Assembly (NCBI GenBank): GCA_043228905.1 | Contig: JBHGNT010000007.1 | Coordinates: 18,042,001 to 18,106,000 of the forward strand | Direction of reading: 5' to 3' | DNA: 64,000 nucleotides | Source of the DNA: Azolla caroliniana | Lineage: Eukaryota > Plantae > Polypodiophyta | Shown here: one piece after another, positions 25,112-37,033 of the stretch | How the letters are laid out: each line of letters starts with the position of its first letter | Numbering within the stretch: position 1 is the first letter of the stretch | The notes under the pieces: generated by a model | Databases searched by the model: none | Told to the model about the DNA's origin: nothing | The model's input: the letters and a program-made list of their open reading frames with translations, nothing else | Position numbers and translations under genes: made by a program

Positions 25112-27972
25112 TGAAAAGAATAGCGTGCGGAAGCAATAGAGAACCGAACACAGAACATACACAGGTTTAATGGAGAGCTTGAATATACACAGTACACGGG
25201 AGAGACAAAGAGAGAGAACACACAAAAACTCAATTCAAAATAATACTAAATCTATACATACACTGTGCTCAGTGAGCACCTTTTATACAAGCCCTGTCAA
25301 TAGGGCTGACACAAGTACTGACAGTACTTGACCGCTCATAAGTGAGCCTACTACACTAACTCCCAAAATTATTCCTTACGAGGAATATCTTCCCAATGGC
25401 CTCGTGGTTTTCACACCTGTACGACCATGTTATGCGTACCGATTTATGCACCCACTCTATGCACCGGGTTACGCATCGTATTACGCATGAATGTTGAGCT
25501 TGTCTCTCAACACTCCCCCTCAAGCTCAACTTGAGGTTCCACCTGCTCTGTCGGATCTACGCTCCGGTTCCTTCTGGCTTCACGCCTTGCTCGCACTCTT
25601 CGACCTGTTTGATTCCGCGCGCCTCGACCCTTCCGGTCGGCTTGTCTGCTTACACGACCCTTCTCAGCTTCCTTGTTGTTGCAGTGTTGGCGCCTCTTCT
25701 GCTGCCTTCTCTTTCGCTTGGCCCTTGGTTGATTCAATGTATCCAAATCAAACATCCAAACCGACTCGGCTTCCTTCGATTGGTTTTCGCTGACATCCGA
25801 GTTGGCTGGTTCCAACTTGTCTTCGATCTTCTCGCCCTTGGTGGCTTCATCTCCCCCATGCTTGGTTGGCTTTGGCTCTTTCTTCTGGCTGCTCCCCTTA
25901 TGTCCGCTTTCAGATTCTTCCGCGGATCCGCCCTCGGCTTCTTCAGCCAATCCGAAATTGAATTCGTCATCCGACTCGGCGTCACGTTCTTTTCTGCTTC
26001 TTTCCTGCTCCCTTCCGTGGTCATCCAGGACGTCTCTCCCCCTCAAGTTTGGCACGTCGAGGTGACGCAACCCAAGCGCACCCGAGAATTGCTGCAACTT
26101 GTCTAGACAAGAGGCTTGGTAAAGATGTTGGTGTTCTACCGATCCGTCGGAACATACTGAAGTTCGACTTCACCGGAGAGGACATGCTCATGGATGAAAT
26201 GGTAGTGCACCTGAATGTGCTTAGTCTGGGCGTGGAAGACAGGCTTCTTTGCTAGTTGGATGTTGCTGAGGTTATCGTAGTAGAGTGTCGTTAGATCGGA
26301 TACCTCCACTTGCAGATCCTTGAGTAGCCACTTCAACCATATGGCTTCGCATGTCGCGATAGCCGCTCCTCTATACTCGGCTTCGGTGCTCGACAGCGCA
26401 ACTGTCGGCTGCTTCTTGCTACTCCACATGATCGCAACACTGCCAAGAGAGAACGCGAAACCGGACGTGGATCAGCAATCGGCGGCGTTTCCAGCCCAAT
26501 CAGCATCTGTGTAACCGACCAATTGCGTGACAGTATCGGACATATATAGTACCCCCCGGTCCTTAGTGCCACTGACGTATTGGAGTACGTGTTGTGCGCA
26601 TTAAAGGTGCTCCTTAGTCGGTCGCGCTATGAACTGACTAATCACCCCGACCGGGTAGCTGAGATCTAGTCGGGTGATGGTCAAGTATATAAAGCTTTCG
26701 ACTATCTGTCGGAACCTCGTCGGGTCGCATACCTTTTCGGAATCGGGGCGAAACTTGATGATTCTATCTAGAGGAGTCGAGACGGACTTACAGTCGGCCA
26801 TCCCGAATTTGAAGAGCATACTCAACACGTAATGCCGTTGGCTGATTAGTATGCCTTCGAGGGTGCGGATCACTTCGATCCCGAGGAAGTAATCAAGGTC
26901 CCCCAGATTCTTCATGTTGAATGATGCCGCAAGCTAGAGCTTCACATGGTCAATCTCACCTAGGTCGGCGTTGGTGATGACCTAGTCATCAACATAAAGT
27001 AAAATGCTAACCGGCTTGAGTCGACCTTTCCGGATGAATAGTGAGGAGTCCAATTTTGACGATGCAAAGCCCATCCGACGCAATCGTTGCGTGATCGTCG
27101 CGTTCCAGGCACGCGGGGCTTGGTTTAGTCCATAAAGGGACTTCTTCAATCAGCACACCGTCGAAGTGTTCGTTCCGGAGTGAAATCCGGGGGGTTGTAC
27201 CATGTACACCTATTCCTCAAGCTCACCTTGCAAGAACACATTCTTTACATCCATCTAATGTAACTGCCACCCCTTTACCGCAACTACCACGAGCAAAAGA
27301 CGGACAATCGTCATCTTTGTGACCGGCGCGAACGTCTCATCATAGTCGATGCCGTGTTTCTGCACATAACCTTTCGCTACTAACTGGGCCTTGTATTGGT
27401 TGACCGAGCCGTCAGTGTTGTACTTGACCTTGTACACCCACCTACATCCGATTGGCTTCACACCTTTCGGTGCGTCAACCAGATCGCAGGATTCATTCTC
27501 CGCCAATGCGCGCATCTCTTCCTCCATTGCGGCACACCAATTCGCCTCATTCGCCACATATGCATAGCTCTCTAGCTCACGCACTACTGTTGCACGCGTC
27601 ATGTACGCATAGTGATGCGCCATGTACTCGTTGTAACCGAACCATACACCAGGGTTCTTATGGTGGGTAGATCAGCGTAATTGCTCATTAGCCGAAGTTG
27701 AGGCTTTCTTGGCCAACGTGGACTTCGCTCTCGAAGACCCGTCATCACTTCCCTCGGAGTCGGACTCGCGTCGATCAGACTAGTTCCTAACTATGTCATA
27801 ATGCGACACCTTCTTCCCTTTTTCCTTGTGCGTAAGCCGTCTCCTTGGCTTCTTGCGCGGGGAATGCACGGCCGAATCTCCACTACTCGCCGACTCTTCA
27901 TCGAACTGGTCGAACCGACTCAGACGTCCATTCGGTCTGTTTAATTGAAACGAAATAGGACTCTCTTCGCAG

Positions 27973-29131
27973 TGTTGTGAAAATCCGTCACTATGTGCGG
28001 ATCGTGAGACGGAACCGCCGGGGTTCTGGACTAGAAGGATTTAGAGCAACATGTACAACACAAACAAGTTTTAAGCATAAGACAAGTGGAAGAGACAAAT
28101 CATTTGTTTATTGCAAAAGAAAATCGATTCTTTATAATTTTAGAATCGTGTTACAATGGGTTGGGTATGGAAATGAGAGATTAGTTTATCAAAGAAACGA
28201 GCCAACAACCATGCAAGGAGTGGTCCGATATGAATACGAGAGATAATTTTTGACAAGAAAGATCAAGTAAACAAAGCTAGGAGTTTGATATCAATATGTG
28301 AGATAAATTGTTTCTCGAATCCGAGAGGGAAGAAGAAAGAAGGGGAAAAAAAAAACTAGGAGGGAAAAAATGGGACATATATCAAGCTCCTCGTTGCTCC
28401 TCCTCCCCAATGTTACTTTGCATGCCCACTTTTAGTTGGATGGCCTTTATTTTTAGTTGCATGGCCTCTGCTTTTAGTTGTATGCTTCCATTTTTAGATG
28501 CATGCCTTTTACTTTTAATTGCATGGCCTTGGCTTTTGGTTGCATGCGATTGTCCGTATAATTCGACCAAACCGTAGACGCGTCCGCGCGCAAAAGTCTC
28601 GACCGCGTAATAGTGTACGCATACACGCATGCGCGCGTCCCGACCGCGCCGTAGTGTACGCATTCACGCGTCCGCACATACGTGTCCGTCCGAAACGTCC
28701 ACGCGTACGGCCAAAACTTGCACACGCGCGTACATCCGAAGACGTCCATGCGCACATACATTCGAAAACGTCCACGCGGCCATGCACATGTGCGTACGCT
28801 CGAAGCGTGCACACCACATAGTGTAGCCCAAGTCACCTTGAATATTCTATGCTCCACACATTGATTGAATGAATATGTTTTGGTTTCCCTTATATCTTCT
28901 GGGTTCCAATGTTGTCCTATCTATGTGGGATATCTCACAGTTTTGTCTTGTCTTTTCTTTTCTTCAAACTTCACACTCACATAACTTGATACTTGTTTAT
29001 CCGTTTTATGCATAGTAAAATATGCTATGAAGCTCTTGAACACATCTATCTTTCCATATCCATATATTAAGCTAATTGTAGATAATTATTTTACTAGTTT
29101 TCATATCGTGTGTGAAAAACCATACGACAAC
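27973..29131. mobile_element. ~1.15 kb non-coding LTR-like insertion in Copia C
   Basis: Interrupts the IN-RT linker (PETRT|EESPISF), begins TGTTGTG and ends GACAAC. Internal ACGCGT/CGTCC-rich block at 28575-28815; TSD not clean. Confidence 0.5.
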
Positions 29132-31827
29132 GGGTCCTGGTTTCAGGTTCATCCGGAGGCATCTCGGCCTCGCTAACCTCATCGTCAGAACTCGGATTGG
29201 AGATGAGGTCCGGAGTCGGAGGCAAGTACCAGGACGTGGACTCGTCAAACACAACGTCACGGCTCACGTGTGCTTGTTTGGTGCGAGGGTCATAACACTT
29301 ATAACCCTTCTGCTCGTCCGAATAGCCGACCAAGATACACTTCTCGGCTTTTACATCGAACTTTCTCCGTTTCTCCTTTGGCACATGCATACACGCAATG
29401 CTACTGAAAACTCTCAAGTGTCGTAGATTTGGCTTCATACCAAAATACTGCTAATGCGCCGACACATTGTCTCCGATCCAATTCTGGATGTATACCACAG
29501 TTCGTACCGCCTCGGCCCAATAGAACTTGGGCAAACTCTTTTCTTCCAGCATTGCCCGCGTCGCGTCCACAATCGATCGATTTTTCCTTTCGGCCACGCC
29601 GTTTTGCTCCGGTGTAAATCTGCAACTGAATTCGCGCCGAATTCCCATCTGTTGCAGATACCCGTTGAATTGACCAGAAAAGTACTCTTTTCCGCCATCT
29701 GTCCGCAGTCACTTGATCTTTCTTCTTGTTTCCCTTTTGACGAAACTCTTGAGGTCCCGGAAATAGTCGAAGACTTCACTCTTCTTCTCAATGAGGTAGA
29801 TCCACGTGTGCGGTGTATAGTCGTCGATGAAGGAGACGAAATATCGACTCCCGCCAAGACTAACGTTCTGTGTCGGCCCTCATACATCAGAATGTATCAA
29901 ATCGAGCTTGTTGCTTCCCTAGTTGGCAGGCTTCATAAATTTACACCTTCCGGCGACTAAATTTGGGCAATCCGAACACCACCTGTTTCGATTGCAGGTC
30001 CTTAAGCCGTTGATAGTTGACGTGGCCTATCCGTTTGTGCCATAGGTCGATATCTAACTCGACTTTTTGTCCTTTCACGAACATTGCGGTGCCACCGTCA
30101 CTAGAGTTGAGGATAAACATCCTCCCATCTCTACGCCCTTGCACAATAACTCGACCTTCTTCTTCGATGAAGCACCTGAGATGCGTGAACCAGACTTGCA
30201 TCCCCTAGTCGACGATCTACCCGACCAACACCAGATTCTTCGTGATTGTCGGGACATGTAACACGTTCATGAGTTTCCCTTTCTGCCCGACATGGCTCAG
30301 GGGAACTTCACCGACATTTGCGATTGCATGCGGAGTGTCGTCTCCGGTTGCGACTACTCCCGGTTGCATCGGTTTCTCAAGGTATGAGAACCACTCCTTG
30401 TGGCACGTCATGTGGAGTGACGCGTTGGAGTCGACGTACCACACCTCGTCCGATTTCTGGGTGGACATCTTCATCGAGTTCGCTTCGTGTCTTGTCACGA
30501 AGGCTAACCCTTTTCCGGCTTTTCCGGACCCTTCAGCGTAGTGCAATCGCTGTCGATTTCCTTTGTCGGTTTGTCTGGAGCCTGATCCGGATCCGGTCCT
30601 CTCTGAATCAACGCGCTTCTTCTACCACTTGCTCTCCTTGTGGCCTTTCTTGCCACAGTACCAGCATTCCGCAATGGATTTCCCTTGCCGGTTCTCGTCG
30701 CCTCACCTCCCCCTGTTTCCGGAGGGTTCGGAGTTGTTGTCGACATCACTTCGGTGCCTTCTTCCTTGATCCCGTCGGCCACCTCGATTGCGCACCGACT
30801 CGCCTCGTTCGCCACAACCACGGGGCCTATCTCCCTCCGTGTACAACATCTTACTATCGACATGCGTGCTCGTCGACGCACCCGCGTGGTTCTTCTCTAT
30901 AAGGAGCATCGACTGTAGGTCAAAAAATGACGGCGTATTCTCCCGTGTACACACAACAGTTCGGAATGCTCCAAACTTCGATGCCAGTCCCTCGAGACAG
31001 ATCTGCACCATCTCGCCTTCCTCAACATTCACATCGATAGAGGCTAAGGAGTCGCATATCTCTTTGATCTTCGAGGTATAATCAGCCACCGACAAGTCGC
31101 GTTGTCGTAGGTTGCTCAGATCCTGTCGAAGTTGAAGCTTCCTGGCTGTAGTGCTTGCGGCGAAAATCTTCTTCAGATTTCCCCAAGCATCTTTTGGCAT
31201 TTTTGCATCCTGAATTGTTGGGATTTCGGTCCCTTTCGGATGGGATGGTCGGATATCGGAGATGAATGCCGACAAGCCCGGTTTCGGTTTCGGATCCGGA
31301 TGACGAAGACCCCGGCTTCGGTGCCGGATGACGAATGTACCCGGAGAGCGATCCGGATGCAGGGACATATCCGTGAATATGTTCGCTACGAACCCCCTGA
31401 GGCTATAGTTGTAAATAGCCCAAAGTCATATAAGTATAAATATGACTTAGGGCAAACAGTTTTTCTGTTGCTTCTCATTTTTCTGTTTTTCCACTTTAGA
31501 GGAGTGAAGAGAGAGCAGCCGTGAGAGAGAGAAAGAGAGAGAGCGAGAGAGAGAGAAAGAGGTAGACGCCTCTGTGTATTTCCGCCGCCTGTGGCGAGGA
31601 CAGCGAGCTCAAGGTCGTCGCCTTGGAGCTCGCCATTGTATATTTCTCTGTGCATAGTTTGGTTCGGAGTCTCGCACTCCCGTGGTTTTTCCCGTATAGG
31701 GTTTTCCACGTTAATCCCTGTGTATCGCGTCTTTCTCTGTATTTCCTATTTTCTGCTACATTGATCCGCGATTAATCGGTTGTGGCCGAGTTGTGAAGGT
31801 GAATCCAAGCGTTGATTCCCAACAATC

Positions 31828-31839
31828 TGGTATCAGAGC
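31828..31839 (+). other. Primer binding site, tRNA-iMet
   Basis: TGGTATCAGAGC 3 nt after the 5' LTR. Confidence 0.95.
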
Positions 31840-31853
31840 GACTGTTGCAGAAA

Positions 31854-34800
31854 ATGGAAGGCGGCGGCAGCGGGCAGCCGATGATGATGGTGCTGAATGC
31901 ACAGAATTACGCCGACTGGAAGATCAAGATGGAGGATCTTCTGATTGTTCGGGACCTGTACGAACCGATTGACAGGTCGGAAATACCGAAAGGGGTACTT
32001 GAGTCGGAGTGGAAGCTCCTGAACCGGAAAGCCGTAGCGACGATCCGACAATACGTCGATGTAAGCGTCCTACAACATGTGGCGAACGACACCAACGTAT
32101 ACGAGATGTGGAAGAAGCTGTCGGGCCTCTATGAGAGGAAGAATGCGTTGAACCGGACCTCCCTGATGAGGAAGATAGTGAATCTCAAGTACCGGGACGG
32201 CGAGAGCATGGTGGAACACGTAAGCACGTTCATGGGATTCGTGAATCAGCTTGCGGCGATCAAGTTCCCGTTGGAGGATGCAATGCAAGCCATCATCCTG
32301 ATGTGTACATTGCCGGAAAGCTGGGAGAACTTGGTGGTGACTCTCAGCACCTCGTGCACCGAAGATAACTTGTCCTTACAAACGGTAAAGACAAGTATTC
32401 TGAATGAAGAAGCGCGTCGGAGAGATAAGGAACCGGCCTCCGACCCGAAGATGCTGTTTACCGAATCGGATCGGGGAAGACAGTGGAACCGGAGTCCGCA
32501 AAGACGGGAGAAGTCGGGGACCCGGTCGCAGTCAAGAGGAAGGCCAACATGCTTCCACTGTGGGAAGCCGGGGCACTTCCGGAAGAACTGTCGGCATTAC
32601 CGAAAGGACAACGGAGCCGACGACACCGATTCGAAGAAGTCACCGGAGAGAAACGGTGCATATCGGGGAGCCACGGACCGGAGAGGTTCGGATCGGCGAG
32701 GGCAGGACCGGAAAGGAACAACGGCACTCGCGGCAAGTGAGGAAGAAATCATGCTCATCACCGAAGAAGGTGAGCTAAACGTTGCCGGCGATGAGACGAC
32801 CTGGGTGGTCGATTCCGGAGCATCGTTCCACCTGACCCCGGAGAGAAGATACTTCTCATCCTACACAGCCGGCGAGCATGGCTGTGTTCGGATGGGAAAT
32901 GAAGGTACGTGCCGGATTGCCGGCATAGGAGACGTGTGGTTGACAACCCCGACCGGATGCAAAATGCTGCTGAAAGATGTCCGACACGTTCCGGAGGTCC
33001 GATTGAACCTAATTTCGGCTGGGAGGCTAGATGATGAAGGCTACACGGGTAGCATCCGGAACGGTGTCATGAAGTTCAGCAAGGGGAGCTTGATAGTGGT
33101 TCGGGCCCGGAAGGTCAACACACTGTACCTGATGAATGCCCGGTTATGTCCGGAAGAGCTGAATGTGGCAGCCGACACTGCCGGTGAGCTGTGGCACAAA
33201 AGACTGTGCCACATGAGTGAGAAGGGGATGAAGAGGCTTGCAGAAGACAACCTCATCCCAGTGAAGCACGTGCACCTGGAGAAGTGCACCGATTGCCTGG
33301 CCGGTAAGCAAAACCGAACCTCCTTCCACTCAAGGCCACCGACGAGACGTAGCGCACCATTGGAGTTGGTGCACACTGATGTGTGTCAGGTAGAAACGAA
33401 GTCACATGGCGGAGCCCAGTACTTCGTGACATTCATTGATGATCACAGCCGGAAGCTGTGGACGGCACCGTTGAAGACAAAGGACCAAGTGTTGTCCGTC
33501 TTCAAAGAACTCCACGCGAGAGTGGAAAGGGAATCCGGCAAGAAGCTGAAAGCGATACGAGCGGATAACGGAGGGGAATACCGGGGGCAGTTCCAGGAGT
33601 ACTGTCGCTCGAAGGGAATCCGGCTCGAGTTTACTGTGCCGAAGACGCCGGAACTGAACGGGCTGGCCGAGAGGATGAACCGGACCATAATGGAGCGGGT
33701 CCGGAGTATGCTGGCGCATGCGAAATTACCCAAGGGGTTTTGGGCTGAGGCAATGTCGACGGCGACATACGTGATAAACAGATCACCCTCAGTACCTTTG
33801 GACGGAGACACGCCGCAGAAAGTGTGGACGGGTAAGGAAGTGTCCTACCGGCATCTGAAGGTGTTCGGGTGTCTCGCATACGTGCATGTGGCAAAGGACC
33901 GGAGAGGAAAGCTAGATCCGAAGACCCGGCCATGCATATTCCTCGGTTACGGCGACGACGAGTTCGGCTACCGAGTATGGGACCCGGTCGACAAGAAGAT
34001 ATTCCGGAGTCGTGATATCATCTTCATGGAGGACAAGACACTCGCCGACTGGGAGTCGGAGAAGAAGATGAAGAGCTCCAAGTCGATCGGTGAGGATCAA
34101 CTCTACGAGGAGCAGTCCCGACCGGCAAGGGACCGGTTAGCACTCGAGGATCCGGCCGAAGACAGTGAAGAAACAGAACCGGCCGAAGAAGATGAAAACG
34201 ATTCCGGAACCGGCCCCGATCCCGAAATGGATTCGGATGAAGAAGAATCGGAAGAACCAGTTACCGAAGCTCCGGAACGGAGATATCCTCTAAGAGAGAG
34301 AAGGGCCCCCCGGAGATTTCCGGAACCAGAGCACGTGCTGCTAACCGACGAGGGGGAGCCGGAGAGCTTTGAAGAAGCGAAGCATGACACCCAGAGCCGC
34401 AGGTGGTTGAGTGCCATGCAGGACGAGATGGATTCCCTGCATGAGAACCACACATATGAACTTGTGGAGTTGCCGAAGGGAAAGCGGGCACTTCGAAACA
34501 AGTGGGTGTTCAAGCTGAAACCGGGAGATGCAGGAAACCCCCCGAGATACAAAGCCAGGATCGTGGTGAAGGGGTTTCAGCAAAAGAAGGGCGTCGACTT
34601 CGACGAGATATTTGCCCCGGTAGTGAAGATGACCTCCATCCGGACGGTGCTGAGCATAGCGGCAAGCATGGACCTCGAGGTAGAACAGATGGACGTGAAG
34701 ACGGCATTCCTTCACGGCGACCTCGATGAAGAGATCTACATGCAGCAACCGGAAGGATTCGAGAAGGAAGGGAAGGAGCACCTGGTATGCCGGTTGAAGA

Positions 34801-35927
34801 AGAGCCTTTACGGACTGAAGCAGGCTCCCCGGCAATGGTACCGGAAGTTCGACTCCTTCATGACCGACGAAGGGTACCTCAAAACGCAGTCCGACCACTG
34901 CGTGTTTGTGAAGGAGTTCGAAGGAGGAGACTCTCTAATACTCCTCCTGTACGTGGACGACATGTTGATCGTCGGACGGGACCAGGTCAAGATACGGATG
35001 CTGAAGAAGGCTCTTCACCGAACCTTCTCAATGAAGGACCTGGGTCCGGCGAGGCAAATACTAGGGATGCACATCATCCGGGACCGGAAGAAGAAGCAAT
35101 TGTGGCTGTCACAGGAGAAGTACGTGACGAAGGTGCTTCACCGGTTCAACATGTCGGAAGCAAGACCGGTCGGATCGATCCTCCCGGCAAACTGCAAGCT
35201 GTCCAGCAAGCAAAGTCCCAAGACAAAGGCTGAGAAGGAGGATATGATGAAAGTGCCGTATGCCTCAGCCGTCGGGAGCTTGATGTACACCATGGTGTGT
35301 ACGAGACCGGACATCGGATATGCAGTCGGAGTGGTGAGCCGGTACATGAGCAATCCCGGCAAAGAGCACTGGAACGCGGTCAAGTGGATACTCCGATACC
35401 TGAAGGGCACGGCAAACGTGTGCCTCCGATTCGGCTCCGGTAAACCCGAACTCGACGGTTTCACCGATTCGGATATGTCGGCTGATGCAGATACCAGCCG
35501 GTCCACATCAGGGTATGTGATGACGTATGCAGGGGGAGCTGTTTCGTGGCAGTCGAGGCTGCAGAAGACGGTTGCGTTGTCAACCACGGAGGCGGAGTAC
35601 ATGGCGGCTGTTGAAGCCGGCAAGGAAATAATATGGATGAAGGACTTCATTAGAGAGCTCGGTATCCGGCAAGAGGAGTACCGACTCTACTGCGACAGTC
35701 AGAGTGCCATCCACCTTGCGAAGAACGCAGCCTATCACTCCCGGACGAAGCACATCCAGCGAAGATATCACTGGATCCGGGAAAGGATAGAAGACAAGGA
35801 GTTCGTGCTGACGAAGATCCACACCGACGAGAACGGGTCGGATATGCTGACCAAGGTGCTCACACCCGACAAGCTGGAAGCATGCCGGAAGAGGATCGGA
35901 TTGGAAAGACATCCCATGCCGAAGTGA
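31854..35927 (+). CDS. Copia gag-pol polyprotein (1357 aa): Gag, Zn knuckle, protease, integrase, RT, RNase H
   Basis: First ATG after the PBS (MEGGGSG...); single open frame with motifs DSGAS, HTD/ADN/ER, YVDD and FTDSD/TEAEY. Confidence 0.97.
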   Translation: MEGGGSGQPMMMVLNAQNYADWKIKMEDLLIVRDLYEPIDRSEIPKGVLESEWKLLNRKAVATIRQYVDVSVLQHVANDTNVYEMWKKLSGLYERKNALNRTSLMRKIVNLKYRDGESMVEHVSTFMGFVNQLAAIKFPLEDAMQAIILMCTLPESWENLVVTLSTSCTEDNLSLQTVKTSILNEEARRRDKEPASDPKMLFTESDRGRQWNRSPQRREKSGTRSQSRGRPTCFHCGKPGHFRKNCRHYRKDNGADDTDSKKSPERNGAYRGATDRRGSDRRGQDRKGTTALAASEEEIMLITEEGELNVAGDETTWVVDSGASFHLTPERRYFSSYTAGEHGCVRMGNEGTCRIAGIGDVWLTTPTGCKMLLKDVRHVPEVRLNLISAGRLDDEGYTGSIRNGVMKFSKGSLIVVRARKVNTLYLMNARLCPEELNVAADTAGELWHKRLCHMSEKGMKRLAEDNLIPVKHVHLEKCTDCLAGKQNRTSFHSRPPTRRSAPLELVHTDVCQVETKSHGGAQYFVTFIDDHSRKLWTAPLKTKDQVLSVFKELHARVERESGKKLKAIRADNGGEYRGQFQEYCRSKGIRLEFTVPKTPELNGLAERMNRTIMERVRSMLAHAKLPKGFWAEAMSTATYVINRSPSVPLDGDTPQKVWTGKEVSYRHLKVFGCLAYVHVAKDRRGKLDPKTRPCIFLGYGDDEFGYRVWDPVDKKIFRSRDIIFMEDKTLADWESEKKMKSSKSIGEDQLYEEQSRPARDRLALEDPAEDSEETEPAEEDENDSGTGPDPEMDSDEEESEEPVTEAPERRYPLRERRAPRRFPEPEHVLLTDEGEPESFEEAKHDTQSRRWLSAMQDEMDSLHENHTYELVELPKGKRALRNKWVFKLKPGDAGNPPRYKARIVVKGFQQKKGVDFDEIFAPVVKMTSIRTVLSIAASMDLEVEQMDVKTAFLHGDLDEEIYMQQPEGFEKEGKEHLVCRLKKSLYGLKQAPRQWYRKFDSFMTDEGYLKTQSDHCVFVKEFEGGDSLILLLYVDDMLIVGRDQVKIRMLKKALHRTFSMKDLGPARQILGMHIIRDRKKKQLWLSQEKYVTKVLHRFNMSEARPVGSILPANCKLSSKQSPKTKAEKEDMMKVPYASAVGSLMYTMVCTRPDIGYAVGVVSRYMSNPGKEHWNAVKWILRYLKGTANVCLRFGSGKPELDGFTDSDMSADADTSRSTSGYVMTYAGGAVSWQSRLQKTVALSTTEAEYMAAVEAGKEIIWMKDFIRELGIRQEEYRLYCDSQSAIHLAKNAAYHSRTKHIQRRYHWIRERIEDKEFVLTKIHTDENGSDMLTKVLTPDKLEACRKRIGLERHPMPK

Positions 35928-37033
35928 AGGGGGAGTTTGTTGGGATTTCGGTCCCTTTCGGATGGGATGGTCGGATATCGGAGATGAATGCCGACAAGCC
36001 CGGTTTCGGTTTCGGATCCGGATGACGAAGACCCCGGCTTCGGTGCCGGATGACGAATGTACCCGGAGAGCGATCCGGATGCAGGGACATATCCGTGAAT
36101 ATGTTCGCTACGAGCCCCCTGAGGCTATAGTTGTAAATAGCCCAAAGTCATATAAGTATAAATATGACTTAGGGCAAACAGTTTTTCTGTTGCTTCTCAT
36201 TTTTCTGTTTTTCCACTTTAGAGGAGTGAAGAGAGAGCAGCCGTGAGAGAGAGAAAGAGAGAGAGCGCGAGAGAGAGAAAGAGGTAGACGCCTCTGTGTA
36301 TTTCCGCCGCCTGTGGCGAGGACAGCGAGCTCAAGGTCGTCGCCTTGGAGCTCGCCATTGTATATTTCTCTGTGCATAGTTTGGTTCGGAGTCTCGCACT
36401 CCCGTGGTTTTTCCCGTATAGGGTTTTCCACGTTAATCCCTGTGTATCGCGTCTTTCTCTGTATTTCCTATTTTCTGCTACATTGATCCGCGATTAATCG
36501 GTTGTGGCCGAGTTGTGAAGGTGAATCCAAGCGTTGATTCCCAACATGAATGTAGATTAGGAGTTTCATACAAGACGTGAAGTAGTACAATACTCTGCTC
36601 ACCGACTGTTCCCAAGCCGGGAAGTCTGTGTGTCGAATCGGGTGTTGTGTCATTTGCTCCGTCGACATAGCTCCAGTAACCGTGCCCGAGCAGGTACTGG
36701 TGTATCTTGTAAGACCAAGACGCGTAGTTGTTTCTGTCGAGCTTCTCTGTTGGAAGCGAGCTAGCCATGCCTCTATCCATTTTGGTTTTCGTCTTCTTTA
36801 CGAAGGTTAGGTTTTCTTCTTGAGCTAAGGTCGGATGAAGAGGTTCTCAACCCTCGCGCTCTGATACCATGAAAAGAATAGTGTGCGGAAGCAATAGAAA
36901 ACCGAACACAGAACATACGCAAGTTTAATGGAGAGCTTGAATATACACAGTACGCGGGAGAGACAGAGAGAGAGAACACACAAAAACTCAATTCAAAATA
37001 ATACTCAATCTATACATACACTGTGCTCAGTGA

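Larger units (their letters stand above)
31216..36546 (+). mobile_element. Intact full-length Copia (Tnt1/Tork-like), very recent insertion
   Basis: 609-bp LTRs at 31216-31824 and 35938-36546, with only 2 differences noticed by eye. TSD TGAAT on both sides, PBS, PPT and an uninterrupted ORF. Confidence 0.98.
25507..36768 (-). pseudogene. gag-pol of Copia C, split by two insertions, with charged C-terminal extension
   Basis: MASSLPTEKLDRNNY gag start; LLIYI|QDAKMPKDAW rejoins across the TGAAT TSD. WYVDSNAS, PEQNGVAERKNR, IGCRWVYKVK and ALSSTEAEY follow; ends ELEGEC*. Confidence 0.88.
25112..37033 (-). mobile_element. Degenerate Copia element C (host of the intact Copia)
   Basis: 3' LTR at 25112-25512, PPT at 25513-25524, PBS reverse complement GCTCTGATACCA at 36858-36869. 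The truncated 5' LTR at 36870-37033 matches 25112-25275. Confidence 0.9.

Noticed and set aside
25531-26106. 191-aa hydrophobic plus-strand ORF resembling a membrane or env protein
   Set aside because: Antisense shadow of the charged pol extension; non-ATG start.
28382-28864. Cluster of overlapping short ORFs on both strands
   Set aside because: Low-complexity ACGCGT/CGTCC-rich non-coding repeat that lacks stops by composition.
31812-31853. Longer ORF start given in the ORF track
   Set aside because: TTG start lies inside the LTR/PBS; ATG at 31854 is the plausible start.
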